DNA of 64,000 bases from an uncultured virus (IMG/VR IMGVR_UViG_3300025138_000017) (lineage: Duplodnaviria > Heunggongvirae > Uroviricota > Caudoviricetes). Each line of letters starts with the position of its first letter. Within the stretch, counting starts at the first letter, position 1. Under the pieces are notes generated by a model. That model was given only the letters and a program-made list of their open reading frames with translations, had not been told where the DNA came from and did not search any database. Position numbers and translations under genes: made by a program. Below are positions 45,664-54,234 of this stretch, in pieces. The stretch lies in IMG/VR virus record IMGVR_UViG_3300025138_000017; one strand, given 5' to 3'.

Positions 45664-47322
45664 CTAGAAGAGTGATTCACTCTCATAGTCCCATCCTTCT
45701 ACATTAACTCTTTGTCCACCTTTAAATTCATCGTCATCAGACCATAAGTCATCACTGCTGTGACCATCCTCTACAAAGCCGAATGGTACAAGCTGATCTT
45801 CTATAGCCTGTTGGTTAAGTTCGTATAAGTTCTTCCTTATATCTATGTCAGTTAGTTCTTTGAAAAAGTCTTCCTTAGTTAACCATGCAAAGAATACTAG
45901 ACACATTGCTAAATCATCAGTTCTACCTTGTTCTGCTTCGTAGTTAGTACCACGTTTATTTGCTACGAACGTTGTTAGTTCTGATAAAATATCAAAGTCG
46001 TTTACTATCATTCTATCATTTTCGACAATAGTTTTCAACATAGCACAACCTATTCTTTTCATAGAAGGGGTTGTTCTAATACCTAATTGCTGATTGCCTC
46101 CACCAAATCCACCGCCAACTTTCTGTCCAGCACGACCTTTCCACTGGGCAGTTATTATATTCTCATACTCTAAATCATCATGGAGTATGTCAGCTACTTG
46201 TTGACCTATATCATTAATCTCTATTAATACATGAGCATTGTTGTATGTTCTGCCAGCATTAAATATTGCTTTAGGATATAACACTGGTGCTATTGTATTA
46301 TTTCTGTAAGTAGCTACTACTTTATATGGTACTTCTGTAACATCAAATACTGCAAAAGCACTATAGTCTCCTCCTACGCCTCTACTTGTATCAGCTGTAA
46401 GAGTGTATATGTGATCCTTTTTTGGAGTCTCAAATATTTTTAAATCTTCTGTTTGCTGTATTGGGTTATTGAATACCAAGTTTCTTAGTTTGTGAGCATC
46501 AATTAATGTATCACTGGATCCTAAAAATTCACATTCAAACTCAACTGCAAATTGTTTTTCGGATGTATTTCTTATTGTTTGTTCTTTCCATGCTTCATCT
46601 CTTCCTGGTACATCCCACCAGTTAACACTTACGGTAGAGTAATCATTATATCCTTTCTCAGCATCGTGCCATAATTTATAAAACATGTTCATACCATTTG
46701 GCGTACTTGTTATCAATACTCTTGATGACGTACCAGATGATATTGTAGGATATACAGAGCTAAAGAATTCTTCTTGTACTGTTGAAGGTACGAATGCAAA
46801 CTCATCTAAGTATACTAAGTTAATAGACATACCCCTGATAGCAGAAGCTGATGTAGATGATGCAAATATCTTACTACCATTCTCTAAAACTATACTACCT
46901 TTATTCCATTCTACAACACCCTGTTGTAAAAACCATGGTAGGTTTTCATATGCTAGCTGTAGTCTTCCTAAAATTTCTCTTGACGTTGCTGCTTTGTTAG
47001 CAAGGATAGCAATGTTATAGTCTGGATTAAACAATGCATAATGCAACATAACTGCAACCATTGTTGTAGTCTTACCAGTCTGACGAGGCATCTTACAGAT
47101 AACAAATCTGTTAGCATCCACCTCTCTCATTATATTTTTTTGATATTCGTATGGCGTGAATGGCATTAAACCAGTATCAATATTAATAATCTTTTGATAT
47201 TTTTCACAGAAGTATACAATATCTTTACTACATTTGACTACCTCAGATATTTGTTCTTCGGTAAAGTCAATAATTTTATTAGCTTTTTTTAGCTTAGGAT
47301 TTCCTAAATAATGATCGGCCAT
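45664..47322 (-). CDS. gp17: Terminase large subunit
   Basis: PRQTGKTT, YLDEFAF, TSTPNG, DTSRG, DDLAM. Confidence 0.97.
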   Translation of the reverse strand: MADHYLGNPKLKKANKIIDFTEEQISEVVKCSKDIVYFCEKYQKIINIDTGLMPFTPYEYQKNIMREVDANRFVICKMPRQTGKTTTMVAVMLHYALFNPDYNIAILANKAATSREILGRLQLAYENLPWFLQQGVVEWNKGSIVLENGSKIFASSTSASAIRGMSINLVYLDEFAFVPSTVQEEFFSSVYPTISSGTSSRVLITSTPNGMNMFYKLWHDAEKGYNDYSTVSVNWWDVPGRDEAWKEQTIRNTSEKQFAVEFECEFLGSSDTLIDAHKLRNLVFNNPIQQTEDLKIFETPKKDHIYTLTADTSRGVGGDYSAFAVFDVTEVPYKVVATYRNNTIAPVLYPKAIFNAGRTYNNAHVLIEINDIGQQVADILHDDLEYENIITAQWKGRAGQKVGGGFGGGNQQLGIRTTPSMKRIGCAMLKTIVENDRMIVNDFDILSELTTFVANKRGTNYEAEQGRTDDLAMCLVFFAWLTKEDFFKELTDIDIRKNLYELNQQAIEDQLVPFGFVEDGHSSDDLWSDDDEFKGGQRVNVEGWDYESESLF

Positions 47323-47323
47323 A

Positions 47324-47743
47324 TTATTTCTTTTTGTGAGTGGCTACTTTTCTTGCTCCACCTTCTAATAAATCTGTTAAGTCTTTAGTGGATCCAATAA
47401 ATAAATTGTTCTCAACTTTACTTGGACCTTTTTCTTCTGGGTGCATGTCTTTCATTTTCTTTTGAATGTCCAGTAAGTCTTTGTTTGCACTTGATAGTGT
47501 TCTTACTAAATCTGCAACCACTTCAAAAGAACGCGGATGTTGTGATTGATTTGCTAGATCAACAATACCATTAAGAGCATCTGTTCCTCTCTCAATAATA
47601 TTATACAAGTTTTCTCTTGCATATGTAAAATCATTTTCTAATCTATCATCTGTTGCTGGTTTTTCAGCAGGGACGATTTCACCTTGTACTACGGGTTCAA
47701 CGTCTAGCGCTTTTCCAATAGTATCATTATTAAGTTTGTCCAT
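47324..47743 (-). CDS. gp16: Terminase small subunit
   Basis: DFTYARENL, HPRSFEV, NNLFIGST; late promoter at 47789-47796 inside gp15. Confidence 0.93.
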   Translation of the reverse strand: MDKLNNDTIGKALDVEPVVQGEIVPAEKPATDDRLENDFTYARENLYNIIERGTDALNGIVDLANQSQHPRSFEVVADLVRTLSSANKDLLDIQKKMKDMHPEEKGPSKVENNLFIGSTKDLTDLLEGGARKVATHKKK

Positions 47744-48563
47744 CAAAGTAATCCTCAAAGTCTACGGCAATTCCATAACTATCACTACTATTTATACTAT
47801 TTGCAGAAACGGATGCTGCAGCATTAGTAGTTGCACTACCATTGGCTAACAATCCTGGTTGTATTTTTACTGCTGTTGCAGGTGTATTTCCATATGCTCC
47901 ATTTGCATGAGTAGTGGTAAAGTTAACATTTGCTTTTCTTATTGCAGCTTGTTCTTTAATAGGACCATATAAGTATGCCTTCATTCTAAAATTTAAGTTC
48001 CATATTAAAGCTCTTCTTGTTTCAAAGTCACCTTCATATGTATCCTGTGACGACATAGCTTCTAATATGATTGGTATGTCAGCTTTAATGCCCATCTCTG
48101 GTATTGTATTAATTGTAGCTGTAAATTCTGGTGTAAAGAAAGGTACGATTTGTTCTAATATTTGAGTTGCATCTTCAGCATATCTAGTATAGATATTCAT
48201 ATCAAAATTTATATCATAAGGTACTGGTTGATATTGAAATTTCATCTTGCCACCAGTAGCTGCATCACCTGGATCATGTCTCAATCTATTCATTGTATTT
48301 AACTTCCTACTTGGATCGTATTGCATATTGGTCATCTCAAAAGATAGCCTTGGAAGTAATATTGATTCTTGGTTAGTTAGATCTGGATTTTGTTCTAATC
48401 TTGCTGTAACTTTTTCTCTTGGTGCATATACTAATGGACATTTAATAGTTTGTATTACGTTACCACTACTGTTACGTCTTTCAATATGAAGATCATTAAA
48501 CATAGTACCAAATAAAATGATGTACTTTCTTAATGATGTATGATAAAACTTATGTCCAAACAT
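47730..48563 (-). CDS. gp15: Tail sheath stabiliser/terminator
   Basis: FGTMFNDL, LPRLSFEM, QILEQIVPFFTP. Confidence 0.94.
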   Translation of the reverse strand: MFGHKFYHTSLRKYIILFGTMFNDLHIERRNSSGNVIQTIKCPLVYAPREKVTARLEQNPDLTNQESILLPRLSFEMTNMQYDPSRKLNTMNRLRHDPGDAATGGKMKFQYQPVPYDINFDMNIYTRYAEDATQILEQIVPFFTPEFTATINTIPEMGIKADIPIILEAMSSQDTYEGDFETRRALIWNLNFRMKAYLYGPIKEQAAIRKANVNFTTTHANGAYGNTPATAVKIQPGLLANGSATTNAAASVSANSINSSDSYGIAVDFEDYFDGQT

Positions 48564-49315
48564 TAGAATGTACCGCCTTCACTAAATGGATCTCCGTCTG
48601 AGAAATCAATAAAGCCATCGGCTCCGGTTTCAAAGAATGCATTTTCACTATCTGTTGCCTCATCTTGATCTATCTCAGTAAATCCATCTAACAAAATTCG
48701 TTGTCCTGTTTCTATGTGTATTGGTAGTTCAGGATCTCCTGTCTCCATTATAAACATAGAGCTCATATTGATATCCATAGACTTAGCTGTTTCTAACTTA
48801 TCTATTTCTTGTATACCAGTAGATAATCTTTCACCACTATACTCAAACATATCTAATCTTAATTCATAGAATTGTAATGAACCCATTTGATAAAATATAG
48901 GTTCGTGCTCTACAAAGTTAATTGTATATAATTTTCTGTTAAGTGGGAAGTATATTACATCACCTTCTCTAGGCCTTGCAATATTTGCTTTCTCTTCATT
49001 ACCAACGTCTTGTTCAAATGTCCATCTTGCTACAGACATTGTCATTGTGTCTCTTTGTTCGACTCCAAACTTGCTTAAGAAGTCTCCCTCACCACCAAAA
49101 CCTTCTACAGTATTAATATACATTGGTACTGTGTAATGATCAGAGATTGTTCCTAGATCATCTTCACCATATAGATAATCATAGTCGCCATATGTTTTAG
49201 GCAAGTACAATGCTTCGACTCCATATATTCCAATAGACTCTATTACGAGATCTTCTATTAACTTCTGCTCTTGACTTTGTGCAAAGTTATTAAAGAATAC
49301 ATTTTGTCCAGCCAT
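48563..49315 (-). CDS. gp14: Neck protein
   Basis: ESIGIYG, SKFG, RPREGDVIYFP, FVEHEPIFYQ. Confidence 0.93.
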   Translation of the reverse strand: MAGQNVFFNNFAQSQEQKLIEDLVIESIGIYGVEALYLPKTYGDYDYLYGEDDLGTISDHYTVPMYINTVEGFGGEGDFLSKFGVEQRDTMTMSVARWTFEQDVGNEEKANIARPREGDVIYFPLNRKLYTINFVEHEPIFYQMGSLQFYELRLDMFEYSGERLSTGIQEIDKLETAKSMDINMSSMFIMETGDPELPIHIETGQRILLDGFTEIDQDEATDSENAFFETGADGFIDFSDGDPFSEGGTF

Positions 49316-49316
49316 A

Positions 49317-50057
49317 TTATCCTACCATATCTTCTGGAGGATATACATAGTTGCTTGCCATTTCTTCTTCTAGCTGTTGTCTTTCGGCAAACGCATCGTC
49401 ATATAATTTTTGACCATTAAATTGTACACCACCAGGTAATTGCATTCCTTCAAATTTAATTAAGTTTGAACCCCATTGTAATTTAATTAAACAAGCAGCA
49501 TATCTTAATAGCCATCTGTCTTTCCATACATCTGTATATGTGTCTGGGTCTATAACTCTATATGCTTTGAATACAAGGAACGTACCTACTGGTACTCTGT
49601 CCCAACCCATATCTATATGAGCCTGGTTCATATGTCTGCTAAATCTAAGTCGTTGTTTACCAACTAATATTTCTTCAATCATTCTAATATTTTGAAAGTT
49701 CATATAGAATGGTACTAGTTCATATCTACTTAAATCATATAAGTCGTTTAATGCTATTTGATATCTAACATTAAATAAATTGTTTGTACTTGTGGCATCA
49801 CCAACATCAAACATATCTACAACACCAATTATATTGTCTGGTAGTGTCACATATTTGTTATCTATATCTGTCTGGGTAACTTCATGTTTGTAATATGTTG
49901 GTTCGAATGCATCGAAGTGGTAGTCAGCATAATAATCTAATGCTTCATCTACTCTATCATCTACTTGATCTTCGTCAACATTTATTTCAATAACAGGCTT
50001 GCCTAATCTTCTTAGACAGTGTTCCTTAAATGTTGTTTTTGTGTTTGGTCTACTCAT
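49317..50057 (-). CDS. gp13: Neck protein
   Basis: LRRLGKPVIEINV, QWGSNLIKF, LPGGVQFNG. Confidence 0.94.
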   Translation of the reverse strand: MSRPNTKTTFKEHCLRRLGKPVIEINVDEDQVDDRVDEALDYYADYHFDAFEPTYYKHEVTQTDIDNKYVTLPDNIIGVVDMFDVGDATSTNNLFNVRYQIALNDLYDLSRYELVPFYMNFQNIRMIEEILVGKQRLRFSRHMNQAHIDMGWDRVPVGTFLVFKAYRVIDPDTYTDVWKDRWLLRYAACLIKLQWGSNLIKFEGMQLPGGVQFNGQKLYDDAFAERQQLEEEMASNYVYPPEDMVG

Positions 50058-50065
50058 TATACTAT

Positions 50066-50377
50066 TTATTCTCCCCAGGCAATACTACCATTAGCGTAGT
50101 ATGTTTTGAACACTCTTCCAGTGTTATCTTCTAAATCTGTTCCAATTCTTACATCACCTTCAACATCTAATACTGCTTGAGGGTTATCAGTTTGAATACC
50201 TATTCTATCTGAAGATGTATTTGCAACTAATAGATTATCTGATGCACTAGCACCCATCCTTGTTGCTGCGGTTTTAGATAATGCAGCGTCCTTTAGAGAT
50301 GCATCAGCATTACCCACTGCCTTACCTCTACTCTCATCGCTCATTAAATCTGCTAAATGTCTTGCTTTACTTGGCAT
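50066..50377 (-). CDS. Small virion/fibre-associated protein
   Basis: RIGIQTDNPQAVLDVEG fibre-type motif; C-terminus resembles that of the neighbouring ORF. Confidence 0.6.
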   Translation of the reverse strand: MPSKARHLADLMSDESRGKAVGNADASLKDAALSKTAATRMGASASDNLLVANTSSDRIGIQTDNPQAVLDVEGDVRIGTDLEDNTGRVFKTYYANGSIAWGE

Positions 50378-50380
50378 ATT

Positions 50381-51070
50381 TTATCCCCACGCTAAATCAC
50401 CATTAGCATAATAAACTTTTAATGCTCTGTTTTGGTTGTCTAGCAATGTTGCTCCTACTTGAACATTTGCTCCAAAAAATGTTTTACCATTAACTGAAAA
50501 TAAATGTGCTGGACTTGTATTTCCTATTCCAACATTATTATTAGCAGCTACAGTAACATTGTTACTACTAAACAAGTTATATGAATGTATTTGTACAATA
50601 TCATTATTACTTGCTGCACCTGTTAAGACTACATTAGAACTATTAGTTGCTGTATAGTCAGTTCCGTTTTCTAATAGAATACCATTGAGGAATACTTTAA
50701 GTGAATCTGCTGTTCTATAACTTAATGAAGAACCATTGTTATCATTACCAGCAAAATTAGTTTGGTTAGTTGCTGCAGTGAATTCATATTCTGTAAATGC
50801 ACCTGTTGCAGTAGCTCCACCTTCACCCCAGTATAGAGAACCGTTACCATATGTAGTTATTACTTTACCATTTGCCCCATCTGCTGTTGGGAATGCCATA
50901 GCATTAACTGTCAAACTAGAAAGATTTGCACCAATTTCAAATACTGCTGTTGCGTTCGCTGAGTATAGTTTACCATCAGCTGTGTTAATAGCTAACTCAC
51001 CAGTCTCCAGCTGACTATTTGTTGGTACGTTCTGGCTTACGCTAGATCGTTTAATCTTAATTGTTGCCAT
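50381..51070 (-). CDS. Fibre-like structural protein
   Basis: IKIKRS...GELAINTADGKLY N-terminal motif, VFLNGILL...DY domain, NVGIGNTSP motif. Confidence 0.7.
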   Translation of the reverse strand: MATIKIKRSSVSQNVPTNSQLETGELAINTADGKLYSANATAVFEIGANLSSLTVNAMAFPTADGANGKVITTYGNGSLYWGEGGATATGAFTEYEFTAATNQTNFAGNDNNGSSLSYRTADSLKVFLNGILLENGTDYTATNSSNVVLTGAASNNDIVQIHSYNLFSSNNVTVAANNNVGIGNTSPAHLFSVNGKTFFGANVQVGATLLDNQNRALKVYYANGDLAWG

Positions 51071-51133
51071 ATAGCTCCTCTAATGTTCTATAAAGAACGA
51101 GTTTACAGCCTTTTATATAAAAGGCATCATTAT

Positions 51134-51397
51134 TTAGTCGTACGTGCCCCCGTCGATATCCATTCCTGTATTAGCTAAAGTAAATGTATCGTTGGCTGAA
51201 TCGTAAACTAACATACCATTATCTACTTCTGGGTCAGTATCAACATCTAATAAATCTTTAAGATTAGCAGATGATAATGAACTACTTGTAGTTACGGTAA
51301 AAACGTTTGTTGTATTTAATTGATTGTGTTCTATACCACCACTTGGTATTTCAACTTTCAAGTTTAATGCTGCATCATTGAATAAGGTATTACTCAT
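51134..51397 (-). CDS. Small virion-associated protein
   Basis: LKDLLDVD...LVYDS...IDGGTY motifs typical of phage fibre modules. Confidence 0.6.
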   Translation of the reverse strand: MSNTLFNDAALNLKVEIPSGGIEHNQLNTTNVFTVTTSSSLSSANLKDLLDVDTDPEVDNGMLVYDSANDTFTLANTGMDIDGGTYD

Positions 51398-51729
51398 TAC
51401 TTGGTTACCTCTGGGGTCACAGTTACCATCCCCTCTAATATTCTGGATTTAATTCCACCACTGTTAGTTAGCTCAGCATCGTAAACAAATCTACCTGCAT
51501 TCATAGCAGCTGTTGTAGCATTGTTTAATGCTAATGTCAATGTTGAGTTGGCAGTGGATAGTGTAGCTGTAAAAGCTGTGGAATTAGATGAAGAAAAAGT
51601 TTTTCTTATTTGAGCAGCTGCAGAGTATCCAGACAGGTTTACGTTTGTACCCGCTGCATCTTTTAAATTAACTGTCGTAGAAAAGTCTGTGCCTTGATCT
51701 ATTATTATATTAACCTTAGTGGCCATCAA
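51397..51729 (-). CDS. Ig-like/BppU-like virion protein
   Basis: NIIIDQGTDF...GRFVYDAEL...RILEG. Confidence 0.65.
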   Translation of the reverse strand: MMATKVNIIIDQGTDFSTTVNLKDAAGTNVNLSGYSAAAQIRKTFSSSNSTAFTATLSTANSTLTLALNNATTAAMNAGRFVYDAELTNSGGIKSRILEGMVTVTPEVTK

Positions 51730-51738
51730 ATGCTCCTA

Positions 51739-51761
51739 TATAAATACTATTACTATTTATA
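51739..51761. promoter_or_regulatory. Face-to-face pair of late promoters
   Basis: TATAAATA on + (51739-51746) and on - (51754-51761). Confidence 0.65.
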
Positions 51762-51774
51762 AGAGGAATGAATT

Positions 51775-52113
51775 ATGCAACTGCGAACTGACTTTAAATA
51801 TGCATTAGTCGAAGAATATCAGACTTATTGGAATGCATACGATAACCCAAACGAATTTTACTCAGACATTTTAAGTATGGATCCATCTATGTATGAACAT
51901 TTTGCCGCAAGAAGATTAGCAGCAAAGGGACAAAATGGATTAGTAGAGCTCAAATTAATTGACCAAAATACATTATGGTTTGTAATGTATGGTAAAACTA
52001 AAAGAGCTCTTGATTGTTTAGAGGTCGTTAATAAAGATCAAATTAATTATCTTGGATCTAAAAACAGATTAAATGTAGAAAGAAAGATTATTGACTTGCA
52101 AAAGACTGGTTAG
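51775..52113 (+). CDS. Hypothetical protein on the plus strand
   Basis: 112 aa with GAGG SD; fills a gap with no competing ORF; has its own late promoter. Confidence 0.7.
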   Translation: MQLRTDFKYALVEEYQTYWNAYDNPNEFYSDILSMDPSMYEHFAARRLAAKGQNGLVELKLIDQNTLWFVMYGKTKRALDCLEVVNKDQINYLGSKNRLNVERKIIDLQKTG

Positions 52114-52864
52114 CATTTAAGTAGCTAGCTTCTTTTCCTTGAGCTTTCTCTTCTGACTCAAGTTCTTCAATAATATCTTCCCATATATTCTCATCAAAGA
52201 CAACCCAACCTAAAGTTATTCTTGGTCCACCATAGGCAGAATGCCACATAATTTTATTATGTTCTTCTTTCTTACCATAGTATCCAAGTTTGCTATGCCA
52301 TCCAACTGGATCTTGCATATGCACTAACTTGCTGTCTGGATCAGGTCTAACTGAACCTTCTTTCTCTTCTGATGAGTCAAGGTGACGCCAATAGCCTTCC
52401 CCTGTAGGATTCCATGTAAACAGACAATTAAATCCTGGTACATTCCAATTAGTATGCCAAGCAATGTATCCATCTTTAGGATAATACATTTTTAGTGCAC
52501 AGAATTTATATCCAATATATGCTCCCAAGGTATCGTCGAGCCATTGAGATTTCTCAATATATTTTTTAATCCAATCTTTTTCTTCGGAAGAAAATCTTTC
52601 TCCTTCCATTTGTAGAGTTCTTTTTAATGTGGGTTCATTTAGATCATATCCATAACTGTCTGGTGGAAACCCATCATGTGTTTCTGCTGGTGTGCTCTTA
52701 ACGCACTCTAATGAAGCAGCATACTCAGCTCTATCTTCTTTTTTAAATTTACCTTTTGTTTTCCAATTTGGTAAATTTACATCTGGTGGATTTGCTGATA
52801 CCCAATCGCTATATTCATTTAAGACGGTCAAAAGATCCGTAGGTAGTGTCAAAAGTTGTCTCAT
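52088..52864 (-). CDS. Cupin/2OG-Fe(II) oxygenase-like protein
   Basis: YYPKDGYIAWHTN...MWHSA...RITLGW double-stranded beta-helix pattern (HxN in place of HxD). Confidence 0.55.
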   Translation of the reverse strand: MRQLLTLPTDLLTVLNEYSDWVSANPPDVNLPNWKTKGKFKKEDRAEYAASLECVKSTPAETHDGFPPDSYGYDLNEPTLKRTLQMEGERFSSEEKDWIKKYIEKSQWLDDTLGAYIGYKFCALKMYYPKDGYIAWHTNWNVPGFNCLFTWNPTGEGYWRHLDSSEEKEGSVRPDPDSKLVHMQDPVGWHSKLGYYGKKEEHNKIMWHSAYGGPRITLGWVVFDENIWEDIIEELESEEKAQGKEASYLNANQSFASQ

Positions 52865-53657
52865 TGATTATAAAAGCCTCCCGCTTATGTACTTGCTTGG
52901 AATCTATAGTGTAGTGCAAAAATGCTTTTTTAGATCCAGGCCTCAATTCAGTTTCACGATACCCTGTAACAAAATTATATTTTGCATCATTAGGCATCCT
53001 TTTTATATTTATCTGCATATCTGGATTTTCATATAATGCTCTCCAGAATGCAAATGTATCCCAATACGTTAGCCCTTTAGGAAACGGTTTGGTGTTCTTT
53101 TCAACTGTATGTCTTTTATACCAATACAGCCATTGCTCCCATAGTTTTTGTGTTCGCTCATTCTTACGCCAGACAAACATTCCACAATGCCATCTAAACT
53201 TATGAGCCTTTCCTTGTTTGTATAACTCAACATGATCAGGATTATAGTGTTCTAACTCTTCTCCAGGTATACCGGGTCCTACTTGATCGTCGTGTGTAAA
53301 GTAAACGACTTTAGCATTGTAAGGTCTATTCTCTGACATGACAACATCTGCATCACCTAATAAATCAAAAACTTCTTCTATTTCATTGCTTAGTACAAAT
53401 CCATCTACATCCAAATAACATGTAACGTCAAATGGTGTCAATGGTAATGCCCATAACTTTGTTCTACAATGTACTGGTACTGGTGTTATAAGATGATCAA
53501 ACAAATGTCTATCTTCATCTCTTACCCACTCTTCATGAGTAAACACTGCTACCTTTGCATCAGGTACCTCATCTTTCAATGATTGAACGCACATAACCAT
53601 TGCTTCATAGAATGGTTTTGATAATGTAGCTACTAAAAGATAACCTCTAGTTTCCAT
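52815..53657 (-). CDS. GT-A (GT8-like) glycosyltransferase
   Basis: RTKLWAL...TCYLDVD (DxD), HCGMF, WDTFAF, KYNF, FLHY. Confidence 0.78.
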   Translation of the reverse strand: METRGYLLVATLSKPFYEAMVMCVQSLKDEVPDAKVAVFTHEEWVRDEDRHLFDHLITPVPVHCRTKLWALPLTPFDVTCYLDVDGFVLSNEIEEVFDLLGDADVVMSENRPYNAKVVYFTHDDQVGPGIPGEELEHYNPDHVELYKQGKAHKFRWHCGMFVWRKNERTQKLWEQWLYWYKRHTVEKNTKPFPKGLTYWDTFAFWRALYENPDMQINIKRMPNDAKYNFVTGYRETELRPGSKKAFLHYTIDSKQVHKREAFIINETTFDTTYGSFDRLK

Positions 53658-54180
53658 CCTTTTCAGCTTCCTTAATTAAAATAGCAGATCCAAATGCTCT
53701 TGCCTCTTCGGCCGTTAATGCTGATCTAAGTTTTCTTTTTAAATTTTTATGTTCTGTATTTTTAACAGTAGGTATATCAAGAAACATAGATTTAACATTC
53801 CATAAGTCTGCTCGAGACTTTTCTCTTTCTTCTGCCTTCTTCATTTCTTCTGATGATTTTGACAAAGCTGACTGTATTGCTGCTTGTCTTTTAGTATTAT
53901 GTCTAACTTCATCTTCACTAAATTGTCTTTTTATATCTCTATACAATGGATGGTTTTGATCTTTAGGAATTCCTTTTTCTTGAGTAGCCATTCCATCTGG
54001 TCTTAATAACACACATGATAATTCTGTCCGAGCATTATTTGTATAATGTGGATTTACAATTACCGGTAATGTAGGATCCAGATGTAACTCTGGAATTGGA
54101 AGAGTTCTTAGTTCTTCTTTCTTGGGGGTTTCGACTGTGACTCCTTCTGGAATCTTAGCCATTTTAGGTTCTTCTGCCAT
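53647..54180 (-). CDS. Hypothetical protein
   Basis: 177 aa with GAGG SD; first gene after the dual promoter at 54203-54231. Confidence 0.7.
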   Translation of the reverse strand: MAEEPKMAKIPEGVTVETPKKEELRTLPIPELHLDPTLPVIVNPHYTNNARTELSCVLLRPDGMATQEKGIPKDQNHPLYRDIKRQFSEDEVRHNTKRQAAIQSALSKSSEEMKKAEEREKSRADLWNVKSMFLDIPTVKNTEHKNLKRKLRSALTAEEARAFGSAILIKEAEKDGN

Positions 54181-54202
54181 AATGTATCCTCAATGTGGTC
54201 TA

Positions 54203-54231
54203 ATTATATACTATTCTATTTATAAGGTCAA
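54203..54231 (-). promoter_or_regulatory. sigma70 promoter with an embedded late promoter
   Basis: TTGACC-17 nt-TATAAT, with TATAAATA (54217-54224) inside the spacer. Confidence 0.7.
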
Positions 54232-54234
54232 CAG

